A DNA stretch of 63,898 bases, the filler included, from Nemertoderma westbladi (taxonomy: Eukaryota > Animalia > Xenacoelomorpha): the NCBI GenBank assembly GCA_032718475.1. It is 3 parts of 3 records of this genome, joined end to end, with 100 filler letters (N's around TTAATTAATTAA, not from the genome) between each part and the next. Parts side by side here need not be neighbours in the genome. Positions count along the whole stretch, not along the records: positions 29,538 to 56,242 come from JAUCBJ010004532.1; positions 56,343 to 63,898 come from JAUCBJ010000739.1; 1 more part is not named here. One strand, given 5' to 3'. The notes below the pieces were generated by a model. The model was not told the origin of the DNA, searched no databases, and worked only from the letters and a program-made list of their open reading frames with translations. A program made the position numbers and the translations under genes. This document shows, in pieces, positions 52,478-63,898 of the stretch. Each line of letters starts with the position of its first letter. The first letter of the stretch is position 1.

Positions 52478-53146
52478 TAATGAAACCCCTGGAGATGCTG
52501 AATTCATCGATGCGGATTTGGAATCCTCAGAATGGATCCTGCAGAGCACCCGCAACTGCGGGGAGAGGGGAGGGGGGGGGGGGGGGGGCAATCTGGTTGG
52601 AACATTTAATTAAGTATCAAGTAATCTCAATGACTCTGGCTGTGGCTGGACTACATAACACCAAACTCTAGACTCCTAATGACTATCTCTTGAACGTGTA
52701 TATAAAAAAGTTACTGGCGAAAATAACCGCGAAGGCCAACTACTGTATTCTGTATGTGTCTAATAGCAATATACCTAAATTACTTTTGTCTCATTATGTC
52801 AACTCATCAGCGTTTTGGTGAATTCCTCGTAACGATGTAAGGTACCAATTTGCAGCGTTGCGGCTTATATAGGATGGAACGCTATGCAAAGTAATCTAAT
52901 AACCTGGAAAAAACTTCAATTACCGTATTCCAGAATTTATTATTTACATTTATATTAAGGCGTATATTGCTTTATTATCCGTTTCTAGTGACGGGACTAG
53001 CTACTGTATGTAAATAATTATTATTCCAAAATTGTAACATTAATCAACGCCGTTAGTATTAACAGCGAGTTGTTATTTAGCACTTTACAACTTTATAGGA
53101 CATTACAGCATTGTATTGGCCTGTACATTTAGTATTGTATTGGTGT

Positions 53147-53236
53147 TATTGTTTACGTGGTAACCATTGACGGCGTTAAGTAATGTCCACTAAGGGGACA
53201 TTACTTAACGCCGTCATGGATACCACGTAAACAATA
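53147..53236. repeat. ~90-bp near-perfect palindrome
   Basis: TATTGTTTACGTGGTA.CCAT.GACGGCGTTAAGTAATGTCC / GGACATTACTTAACGCCGTCATGGATACCACGTAAACAATA. Confidence 0.85.
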
Positions 53237-55520
53237 GGTGGAAATTTGCCTGACAGCCAGATAGGCCTCTGCATTACCTACCGGTAGGCGGGGTATAGCC
53301 AATAATAGCTATTATTATTAACATAGTGACGTCGGTCCAGCCGACATTATATTATCTTCAAAGTAAAATATTAATAACCAGTAGGGCCTAGCTACAGTAT
53401 ATTATTATAACATGGCTCCAAACGCCACCATAAATATAAGCTAACTTATTTATAACATAATTTACGTCATTTTTACATTTATTTATACAGCAACTAATAT
53501 AATTTTTGCAGTTTCTATCACTTATAATGTATATATACAATCATTTCGTAATGTTAAAATTTTGGAATAAAACTGCGTACATACTTGTTGCAAAAAACTT
53601 TACAGTTTTCTGATCCTCGAGGCTTTATTTTTACTCACTCACTAACGTTCGTTCGTGTAACAAAGCCACTCGTATCATCACACTGTAAAGTGCTACTTTA
53701 CACACATGTATATGTAAATAGTTAAAAATTGTTTAACGTGTAGGCCTACTGTATTCCATTATGTCGAAAGGTCCAATAGAAGATATTTTAGAGTCAAGTG
53801 TACTTTCTATCAGTAAAGCAATAAGGTACCGGTTACCGGTACGATAATGAACCCAATTTAAATTCCCGAACGATAATGATGAAAAAAATTTTCCTCACAT
53901 ACAGGACGCTGATAAGTTGACATAATGTGGAGCTCCCTCGCTGCGCTCGCTCGGTACGTAAATAAACTCCATTCATAACGCTGCAAAGTGCTATTTTGCA
54001 CACAATGATGTAAATAGTTATTATTCAAATTTAAAACATTAAATGGAATGGAGCAGGTTACATTGGTGGTATTTTTTTTAACCGAAGTTCAGAAACTACT
54101 GTATATTTCATATGCGACCAATTTGCGCTGGATATCACTTTATCAATAATTGCGGTCAATTTTCGCCACTATCTAAATCAAAATTGACTACACACTAGGT
54201 CTACAACAGTAGGCCCCCTATGTTATGTTCATTTTAATTTATTGTATACGCAAATGTATTATTCAATATTATTCTTACAGTGGCATGCTACCAGGAATAG
54301 AGAGTACATTTTAGTAGGCCTACTGGAAGTTAAAGATAATATACTACCGAAGGATGCACACTATACCGAATACAAAAGGATTAGCGATAATGCTGTCAAA
54401 TCCTCAATTTTCTGACTCTTCTGCCTTTAATCATTTAAATCATTAGCCGTGAGTGAGAAAATTTATCAAGCCACTCTTCAATAAATCTATGGCTATTAAA
54501 CGGTATAGCCCCAATGATAGATATTATGTTGTTGGAGGTTTGGCTTTGTCTCATACGATTCTTTAAACGTTTAGCTAACGGTAGGCCTACGCATTTATGG
54601 GACATGGTTATTCAGCTCTTGAATGACATTACCGCATATCCTGTCTACAGATATACTACCGGTAGGTTGTTTGTTTACAGTCTGTGTTCAGTGTTCCAGG
54701 AGTTATTTAATTGAAAACCTTCGTCAACTTAACTTCCGTATTCACCTATCCTATTATGGCCGGTACAGTCAGTGAGTCAGTCAGTGTGAGGAGGAAAACA
54801 ACCTGGCAGCCTGGGATGACCTTCACCCCAAATAATATTATATGGGTGTACTGTACGTACAGTAGTCGCAATGGATGGTAATGTTTGAAAACCCGCCCCA
54901 CTTTACAGTAGGCTTACACTCTCATACCCAACATTATTTCATAACCGAGAAAACATGATTAACATCCATGAATCCATCCCCTGACTGTTGATTTACGTCG
55001 ACTCAGCATTGTGGATAGGTTATGTTGCTATACGCTCTCACTTAATTAGAATCGTCCCAATTACCGCCAAAAACACAACGGGCAGGTTGTCATCATCCAT
55101 GATTACTATGTAACTGCTGGTTTTTATTGGGCGTCAACGTTTTTAGGAAACCTCATAATTCCCCCGGCTTTAGATTCTAATTAAGGAAGATGACTAAAGA
55201 GTAGAGCAGGTTATCATTATGGCGAGTGGCGGGCTTTTCGTACCAAAAATAAACTGAACTCAACTTAAGGATACATATCTATGTGGGTCCCATTTTCAAG
55301 ATGACCTTTGGGTTTCATTTCGGTAGTTTCAAATGATTGGGTGTCTTTATATCTACACCATGTCCTGGAATATAGTGTCGTTATTTAGGTACATGCCCCC
55401 CCCCCCCCCCCCCCCCCTAAATACAAATTGTAATAAGATTGCATGAAATTTGAAATAGAGATAGTTTCACTCAACTCCCCCTGGGTGGGTGAGCCAGAAT
55501 TTAAATTTTTGCTTTCATTC

Positions 55521-56110
55521 TTTAGCTACAAGCGTTTAAAAAAGGTGTTTCCGACGAAATTGAATCAGTTTCACCGAGGTTGTTCTTCAAACCTGTAGTG
55601 ATTTGTTGGTACTAGTGTAAAGCTGACCGTGCTAGGATTCCAAATATGTAAAAATATTTGAATTTGGTTGGGAAATAGCTGAGATATGGGCATTCGAATG
55701 TTGCATGTATTTGTTTCCGCTGTAGGCCATTTATTCTATTTAATAAATACACAATGTTCTAGAACATTTTTGATTATATATTAATATCCATGTACTAGTA
55801 TTATCATGTAGGCATTGCATTGTTGCCAAGCTACGTATGAGATAAACAAAACGTTCTAGAATATAGTGTATTTATAAAAATAAATGGAATAAATGCCCTG
55901 CAGCGGAAGCTACTGTATTACATGCAAAATTCGAATACCCATATATCAGCTAATTCTTAACCTAATTCTAATATTTTTACATATTTGGAATCCTGGCATG
56001 ATCAGCATTCCATCGGTACCAACAAACAGTTATAAAGTAGAAGAATAACTGCGGTGGGACTGGTGCAATATCGTCGGAGACACCTTTTTTTAAACGCCTG
56101 TAGCTAAAGA
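55521..56110. mobile_element. Diverged fold-back MITE
   Basis: TTTAGCTACAAGCGTTTAAAAAAGGTGT..GGATTCCAAATATGTAAAAATATT is mirrored by AATATTTTTACATATTTGGAATCC..ACACCTTTTTTTAAACGCCTGTAGCTAAA. Confidence 0.65.
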
Positions 56111-56242
56111 ATGGAGACAGGAGGGGAAACTGGACGCAAAACCCGCCTTGGCGAATTAATATCCGCCTCAATGTTAAAATCTCAATTTAGGGAAAGGAGC
56201 AGCTTACAGTGGAACGTTATTTTACCCAAAACAATAAACTAA

Positions 56243-56342
56243 NNNNNNNNNNNNNNNNNNNNNNNNNNNNNNNNNNNNNNNNNNNNTTAATTAATTAANN
56301 NNNNNNNNNNNNNNNNNNNNNNNNNNNNNNNNNNNNNNNNNN
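56243..56342. other. Artificial contig spacer N44-TTAATTAATTAA-N44
   Basis: Identical to 29438-29537. Confidence 0.97.
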
Positions 56343-58418
56343 TACACTCTTAGAAAAAATCTTGTTGATTTGTTGAGATAGAATTAGTCAACTGGAATGA
56401 TTAGATTATTTTGTCAATTTATTTAGGATATTTTGTCATATTATTTAGTTTTATCTTATCAAATAGTTTTAAACAAGTATCTTGTGAATACGACTATCTA
56501 TTTGAATAAATCAACTTTGTTAATTTAAAAAGATACTTTGTCAATTAACATCCATACACTTTTTAACAATCAAAGGCTAAATGTTCTACATATGGCGCAA
56601 GCGCAAGCTTTACTGCGACTACGTATTTTTATCCAACATTAATTGACTTCTTTTTTCACCAAATCCATATATTTTATAAAGTGACTTGTTTATCACAAAT
56701 TGTTCTTCATTTTTGCTACCGGTAGAGTTAGTTGATTAGAACCAAACGTTAAGTAAAACTGTCATTTAACCCTAACCCAGTAACCCTAAAGCCATAGTCT
56801 ACAAATTTAGTGGAATTTTAATGGACATTATTAATGCCATCGTACCGACAATGAATATAGTCCTTTAAATTAATTAGATATTACGACTTAGAGTTACATG
56901 ATAGTTTTAATTGGGGTTTGGACTGTAACTACTGTAACCTGCGCGTTATTATTAGTACTTGCCAAGTTTAGGTTGTAGGGGTAGTTACTGTACCTACTGT
57001 ATATAATGTTATATAGTTGTAGAGTAAGTTATTCAGATGACACTAGGCCCTATAAGTTATTCTGGTGTAGCAGTATAGAGTGAGTTAATTTGGTTATAAA
57101 CTAGTTTATCATTGATGATTATTATTGATTAAGTTATTCAGGCGACGAGAAACGTGTAGGGCCAATTCCCTACCGCCCTATACACTATTATTTGTAAAAC
57201 TTAAATTCTATTGGTCAATCATTTGAGCGCCTTTTTTTAAGAAGTAACAGTACAAGGTACTGTGCCTAGTACAGTAGTACAGTACAACAGTAGTAGGCCT
57301 ACTGCAGTCTGCAGTAGTGTCAGCACCTCAGTTATCAGTTATGGTGACTCCAGTCAGCAGTAGGCTAGTTGCCTAGGCCTACCGCAGTACGCTAGTGCAG
57401 TAGGCCTACCACAGATCTGCAGCTGCACCTACCCTGCATTGTCAGTCAGTAGCCAGTCCAGTCTGCCCCTGCCAGTAGGTGACAGTCTGACAGTAGGCCT
57501 AGAATAACAATACGGAATAAGTCACGGACTGTCAGTCTCAGTAGCTAGTCAGGCAGTGTCAGTCATCCAGTAGGCTACTGCTGTACTGCAGTAGCCTACA
57601 GACCATCCTACCATCCTATCTGTCATCCTACAAAACCCTGCCGCTGCCGGATGCAAAAATCTTGCACCGGGATCGGCTTACTGCAGTAGGCCTATAGCCA
57701 GACTGCCAGATTGCAACGGTCCTACGAATTAGGCCTAACTGCCTAATGGTACCGCAAAAAACCGCGATTCACCATTCAGTCCTTTCTGTCAGTCTGTTCC
57801 TTTGCAGTCTTTTGTGGTCTTTTGCGGTTTTTTGCGGTCGTTTGCCTGTTTGCGGTAATTCGACGCCTTTTGTGTATTGCGGTCTTTTGTCAGTTCAGCA
57901 GTTCAGAAATTTCAACTTTATTTTTTAAAATTCAACTTTTTATTAAAATTCAACTTTTGGAGAAGGGTTTAAAATTCAACTTTTTTTAAAATTTAAACTT
58001 TTGGAGTACCGGCTGATACCGGTACCTGGTACCGGTAGGTTTGGAAATACTGAAATATGGAATTGGAATCCATTACTGGCTGACTGGCAGACTGGTACCG
58101 GTATTCCATTGTATAAGGCCTACCGGTAATAATTATGACATATAGCGGTAATTTAATACATCTAATAAGTTCCTGTTGAATTTCAGCTAATTTGCAAATG
58201 TATTCACTTAAAATGTTTTTAAAAAATGTAATCCCGACGGTGAAAGTTTTTATTCCATCGGTAATGAGGGTTGATTTTTCGAGTTACACCCATAAAAACA
58301 CCCCTTCTGTCAGTCTGTAACGTCTTGGGGCCCTTCTGGGCCTCCTGCCATTTTAGAGTTAAATTTACAACTTAAAAGTTGAATTTTAAACAGACAATTT
58401 GCTGATTTGGTACCGGTA

Positions 58419-58852
58419 CAGTCAGGAACACTGGTCACAATATGTCCAATTTACAGCCAGAATGTGTCCGCGGAAAACGCTCTCAGAGTGAAATTTCTCC
58501 ATAGAAAACAATGCTAAATTTAATTTGAAAACCGGCTGACCGGCAGTGAAATTTTAATATTGGCATTCTAAAAATTAGGCCTATTCCATTAGAATCGCCA
58601 TAAAATTCTGTATAAATTAATTTGAGAATTAGAATCTCATCGTTGGGATAACTAGGCCTATCATAATATTAAAAATAAAAATGTGCCCAGCTTCTGCTTT
58701 GAGTACTAGTGGAGTTACAGCCAAAATATGTCCGGAAATATAATTGCAGCCTGTGAAGGACAAATAGTGGCTGCACGGACACTTTCTGGCTGTAAATATG
58801 TGGACAATTTTTGGCTGAGCTTCAGCCAGAAAGTGACCAATGTTCCTAACTG
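58419..58852. mobile_element. Tc1/mariner-type MITE nested in the CACTA element
   Basis: TA-CAGTCAGGAACACTGGTCAC ... GTGACCAATGTTCCTAACTG; right TA not preserved. Confidence 0.7.
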
Positions 58853-59045
58853 CGGTAGGCTACACTTTTTTCATTATTTTATAGCTGAGCCGAGTTGAAC
58901 ATAGAAAATATTTTTTGGGCCACCCTAGAATGGGCACTGGTCTATAGTGTATAGGCTATATATCAATATCATTAGTCATTGGTCATTTGATATCGCTCTT
59001 CTACTGTTCTACCTGGTGAGGTACCTTTACCTACAAACAATTACC

Positions 59046-61139
59046 ATGCTTTATTGCAATCTTTGTAAACAACAATGTGTCTCGTTGATTTCATATAGAG
59101 AACATATAAAACAACGTCACCATGTAGATGTACATAGACAAAAGCTCACTTGTGGCCAAGATGGTTGTAGCCTGGATTTTTCCCGTTTTCAGACTTTGGC
59201 AATACATATAAAAACAAAGCATGCTCATTGTCTGTCAACAACATCGCAACAGATTACTCTTCATGGTATTGCATCTGGCAAAAGTAGCTTGTCTCAATCT
59301 GAAACTTGCAATACAATGGAAGGCGAAGGGGATGATTGTTGTATCGAATCTGATATAGGCCAACCCCTACATTCCAATCTAAATGTTCTTGAAAAGTTGA
59401 CTGCAGACAGAATCAAAATCATTGGTGGTAGTACAATAAATTTAGACGCTCTGGAGTTTGTTTCTAAACTTAATAGTAATCCAGCAGTTCCTTATTCTGT
59501 TGTGGCGGAGGTTATTAAATATGTTCAGGTTTGTTTTTTGAAGCCAATTTCAATTATACATCAGGCACTTATCTCGACTGATTTCGAGCTAGATTCAACT
59601 GATGATGGAAGGAAAAATGCACTAAAAACTATCTCTAAATCATTAGAGTTTTATGGTAATGCTTTCAATAATATCGAAACAGAATTTAAACAGAGAAAAA
59701 CTATGGAAAGTTTGGGGTATTATATTGCTCCAAAGAAACAAATTATCAATCAAGCCATGCATGCTTGTCAAAGCAATGTTTCTACAAATGTAGTCTACAC
59801 AACAAAGCTCCTAACAGCATATTATATACCCATTGAACCACTCTTCCAGAAGTTTTTTTCACTACCTAATGTATTACAAATTATGATAGATTATATGTAC
59901 AAGCCGCCCCTTACAGAACAAATATGTGATTTTAAAGATGGTCTTGTTTGGGCAAATAACAAAACACGTAAACTCCATGAAGGAACACAAAATGCTCTTG
60001 TAATCCCTTGTTTCTTTTACCATGATGATGTTGAGGTAACTAATCCCTTGGGATCTAAGGCTACTCTACACAAAATTGGGAATGCATATTTAACTTTTAA
60101 GTCTTTGCCACCACGGTTCAACAGCAAGTTAGCGAATTTGTTTCTTTGCCTAATGCACTACGCATCAGACAGGGCACAATTTGGCAATGATGCAACATTT
60201 GATATTATTATTCGAATGTTTACGAAGCTGGAAGAAGATGGAATTGATGTCTCTTATAATGATACAACTTACAAGATATATATTGTGTTTGCTCAGGTAC
60301 ATGGGGATAATTTGGCTGTAAATTCTGTGCTTGGGTTTGTTGAAAGTTTTACTGCTAATTTTCCTTGCAGATTCTGTAAGACCAATAGGTCAAACTTCAT
60401 TGAGATTTCAAGCGAGAAAAATTGTATCTCTGAACTACGCTCAGTAGATTCTTACACATCGGATGTTAGCATAAGTGAACCTTCTGAAACTGGCATAAAA
60501 TCAACATGCTGCTTTAATAGATTGCCAAGCTTTAATGCATATAATAACTTTACAGTTGACATTATGCATGATATACTCGAAGGTGTATGTGATTATGTTA
60601 TACCAAAGGCACTAAATAACCTCATGTTTATGAATAATCTTTTCAATACTAATTCATTAAATAGGCTACTCAAAGCTTTTAAATATGACCACACTTCTGT
60701 GCCACCATATATAGATGAAGCGAAATTAAAGAAGCTATCACTCAAAATGTCAGCCTCACAAATGCTTAACTTCATACTTGGTTTACCTTTAATGATTGGT
60801 CATTTGGTTCCTAATGGGAATCCCGACTGGAGTGTTTTATTGCATCTACGGTCACTCCTTCTTCACTGCCTCGCAACCAAATTCTCCAAAAGTGATCTTG
60901 ATATACTTACAACCGTAATTGAAGATTTTTTGAAATCCTACATTGAAGTATATAAAATGGACTCAATCCCATTTAAGTTCCACACTTTAGTGCATTACCC
61001 GCGCACTATTAGAATGGTTGGTCCTTTAGTGTGGTTGTGGTCTATGCGAACTGAGGCCAAGCACAGAGACCTTAAAAGGACATCGTCAATTTCTTGTAAC
61101 TTTAAAAATATAGTTACGATTTACCATTGGAGACGCTAA
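59046..61139 (+). CDS. EnSpm/CACTA-type transposase with two N-terminal C2H2 zinc fingers, probably C-terminally truncated
   Basis: CNLC..HIKQRH and CGQDGC..HIKTKH fingers; YHDDVEVTNPLGS, HGDNLA..GFVESF..CRFC, DIMHDILEG, KFHTLVHYP..GPL..WSMRTEAKH..NFKNI; first ATG at 59046. Confidence 0.85.
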   Translation: MLYCNLCKQQCVSLISYREHIKQRHHVDVHRQKLTCGQDGCSLDFSRFQTLAIHIKTKHAHCLSTTSQQITLHGIASGKSSLSQSETCNTMEGEGDDCCIESDIGQPLHSNLNVLEKLTADRIKIIGGSTINLDALEFVSKLNSNPAVPYSVVAEVIKYVQVCFLKPISIIHQALISTDFELDSTDDGRKNALKTISKSLEFYGNAFNNIETEFKQRKTMESLGYYIAPKKQIINQAMHACQSNVSTNVVYTTKLLTAYYIPIEPLFQKFFSLPNVLQIMIDYMYKPPLTEQICDFKDGLVWANNKTRKLHEGTQNALVIPCFFYHDDVEVTNPLGSKATLHKIGNAYLTFKSLPPRFNSKLANLFLCLMHYASDRAQFGNDATFDIIIRMFTKLEEDGIDVSYNDTTYKIYIVFAQVHGDNLAVNSVLGFVESFTANFPCRFCKTNRSNFIEISSEKNCISELRSVDSYTSDVSISEPSETGIKSTCCFNRLPSFNAYNNFTVDIMHDILEGVCDYVIPKALNNLMFMNNLFNTNSLNRLLKAFKYDHTSVPPYIDEAKLKKLSLKMSASQMLNFILGLPLMIGHLVPNGNPDWSVLLHLRSLLLHCLATKFSKSDLDILTTVIEDFLKSYIEVYKMDSIPFKFHTLVHYPRTIRMVGPLVWLWSMRTEAKHRDLKRTSSISCNFKNIVTIYHWRR

Positions 61140-61724
61140 CATTGAAACCAATGTGTTCCATAATTTATTCTGACTAAGACTACGTGGAGCACGGGTCTTA
61201 GCGGGTGGTTTTTCCAATTTGCTTATAAAATGGCGTTTTTTAGATTGATTTTACATTATTTTACATTGATCTTACAATATTTTACATTGAATTTAAATTA
61301 TTTTACTTTGCATTAATTATTAAATAATATGATAATTACAGGAGGCTAAATAAATTGCTAACCTTGTAAAGTTAGCAATGAAACTCGATTAACGATTAAC
61401 ACAATTGCAATTATGTACTACTTTAACCTAAAACTAATATAAATATAAAACGTTATTACAATACGTACAGGTCCTGCGAGTTGTCGTTAGTTCAGTTCTG
61501 CGTCGTAGGTGCTGCATAATATAGTGGTTTAATTTCTAATTACAGCAAATCCATTTCTTACCATAAATCTATTTATTCCCAGCAATAATTAAACTGTAAC
61601 ATGTACTATTGGCCTCGTTTATTGTTTTGGTTCGAATAACATGTCACTGTAACATGCTCCTTTCCCTTAAAGACACCAGGATATTGCACCGAAGGACCTA
61701 ATGACACGATAGGCCGTAACAAAT

Positions 61725-62315
61725 CTCAATATTTTTCAACCTCGATATTTTTCAGCAGTCGATATTATTACTCTCGATATTTTTCAACACTCGATATTTT
61801 TACTCTCGATATTTTTACTCTCGATATTTTTCAACACTCGATATTTTTACTCTCGATATTTTTCAACACTCGATATTTTTCAACACTCGATATTTTTACT
61901 CTCTATAATTTTCAACACTCGATATTTTTACTCTCGATATTTTTACTCTCGATATTTTTACTCTCGATATTTTTACTCTCGATATTTTTACTCTCGATAT
62001 TTTTACTCTCGATATTTTTACTCTCGATATTTTTACTCTCGATATTTTTACTCTCGATATTTTTACTCTCGATATTTTTACTCTCTATAATTTTCAACAC
62101 TCGATATTTTTACTCTCGATATTTTTACTCTCGATATTTTTCAACACTCTATATTTTTCAACACTCGATATTTTTAATCTCGATATTTTTCAACACTCGA
62201 TATTTTTCAAACTCGATATTTTTACTCTCGATATTTTTCAACACTCGATATTTTTCAACACTCGATATTTTTAATCTCGATATTTTTCAACACTCGATAT
62301 TTTTACTCTCGATAT
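61725..62315. repeat. 15/17-bp minisatellite (CTCGATATTTTTACT / CTCGATATTTTTCAACA)
   Basis: Tandem periodicity; explains the (IESKN)n ORF. Confidence 0.93.
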
Positions 62316-62451
62316 ACTCCACCACCTTAATTCCCCCAAGGTTCTGAGTCATCTCATTAACAAACTTACTGTAGAAATTAAAAAAATTCATTTGTTTCAT
62401 AAAAAGTTATAACATTTCCTGGGTCATTTAGTGTATTTCACTAATTATAGA

Positions 62452-62553
62452 AAATTCCGGTTCCGGCCGGAATTCCGGCCGGAATATTCCGGCATGTTGA
62501 ATTCCGGTTCCGGTTCCGGCCGGAATCAAAATATCGATTCCGGGACATCCCTA
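62452..62553. mobile_element. hAT-type MITE end with TTCCGG subterminal repeats
   Basis: Repeated TTCCGGCCGGAA ending CCGGGACATCCCTA; partner end not found. Confidence 0.55.
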
Positions 62554-62826
62554 ATCTGTATGCTAAGCTCTGTTTCTTTCATGGCTCGCCCCACAGCTTT
62601 CACTTAATTTACTTTTTTAGTTTTCTGTTTCTGCTGTTTCTATGTTCCAACTTAATTAATTTTTATAAATTGAATTTGTGTTATTTGTACCGGACCACCC
62701 ATTATAATTTACAAAAACGGGTGTTTTGTTGTTGTTTTTTTGTAATGTTGATTTACTTTTGCATAATCGAAGTTTAGGCATATCCTATGCAATACAGCTT
62801 TTTATTAGATTATACAATATACATTA

Positions 62827-63218
62827 TAGTGCTGCGAACTGAAACAAAATTTGACTAGTTTCGGATTCAGTTTCAGTTCGAATAAACATGCTCATTTCAG
62901 TTCCTGTTCCCAAAAAATATTATTTTCAGTATCAGTTATATAGTTTCAGTTTGAATAAACCTGTTTATTTCAGTTTCAGTTATTAGAGTCCCCATTACGA
63001 AATAGATTCAATTTCACTTCTACTTTCATAAATTTTCATCAACTTTCATAAGTTTCTTGTTAAAATACATAAACAAGTTAGTTACCTTTGCCAATCATTT
63101 AGAGGAGACTTTGAATAGGAATGATAGACCTGACTGCCATTTAGTTCGGAAAATATATCCAAACGATTTCAGTTTTAGTTTAATTTCAGCTTATTTTCAG
63201 TTTCAGTTCGCAGCATTA
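62827..63218. mobile_element. hAT-type MITE
   Basis: TAGTGCTGCGAACTGAAAC ... GTTTCAGTTCGCAGCATTA TIRs with internal TTTCAG repeats; TSD not clear. Confidence 0.7.
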
Positions 63219-63898
63219 ATTAATAAATATTATATATATATATAATATGTATAATTGTGGTTCGACCATCAGATTATATATATATATATATTATATAATG
63301 GTGCCCAGATATTGCCCATGCCGGAGAAGATATAACGTGTTTATTCTCTATGTAGTATTTTGTACATGAGAGCCGCAACTCCACTCCACAGCCCCAACAA
63401 TAATTCTTGAATAAAAACAGCGGCACGGAAATGATTTTACATTCTACCGGTAAAGGTGGTGCAGTATACTCAGTTTAATTGTTGTGTAATATGTATTTTT
63501 TACCGGTGACTTATTTTACCTAATGTATCTGTAATGTACCTTAATATAAATTTGCTTCATTCTAATAATTTCTGATATTTGATATTCTGATATAAATGCA
63601 ACTGCTATTTTATAAAATCTTAACGTTTTCATATGCTAGGGAATTATTTTGAGTAAATATATTGTTGCGCGAGCTGCTAAAATATTTATGAAGTTTATTG
63701 AGAAATTTATTTATTTTAACAGGATAGTTAATCACTTTAACAATATAGCTTGTTGAAATTGACAAGATAATTCAAGGAAAGAATTTCACAAGATTATCTT
63801 GTCATTACAATTAAATATATCTAGAGTCGTATTTGACAAAATAATCTTGTGAAATTCACTTTTTTTTTATCATTTTAACAAACTTTTTTTAAGAGTGT

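Larger units (their letters stand above)
56345..63897 (+). mobile_element. CACTA/EnSpm (CMC) DNA transposon spanning the whole last contig
   Basis: Termini CACTCTTAGAAAAAA ... TTTTTTTAAGAGTG, subterminal CTTGTGAA/GACAA repeats, EnSpm-type transposase inside. Confidence 0.78.

Noticed and set aside
61912-62100. (IESKN)n ORF
   Set aside because: Translation of a 15-bp minisatellite

Overview
AT-rich, transposon-dense DNA from an animal (probably invertebrate) genome. It is three contigs (1-29437, 29538-56242, 56343-63898) joined by artificial 100-bp N44-TTAATTAATTAA-N44 spacers. Two intronless host genes are clear: an MGAT3/GT17 GlcNAc transferase (20610-21908 +) and PSME3IP1/FAM192A (31563-32354 -). 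Most of the rest is mobile DNA. It includes a Penelope remnant; a head-to-tail pair of hairpin-ended non-autonomous elements; a BEL/Pao LTR element (5165-18251) that encodes only Gag-protease and carries a nested RTE LINE; and a second RTE copy. Also present are CRE and hAT remnants, an internally deleted THAP/P element upstream of PSME3IP1, a 4-kb long-TIR element, a CACTA/EnSpm element filling the last contig, MITEs and several minisatellites. The most unusual signal is a cluster of stand-alone BED zinc-finger cassettes (23.9-27.5 kb, minus strand). The two intact cassettes start at splice acceptors of the same phase and stop soon after the finger, which resembles a mod(mdg4)/lola-type array of alternative or trans-spliced terminal exons. 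All coordinates and counts were read by eye, and no database searches were run.
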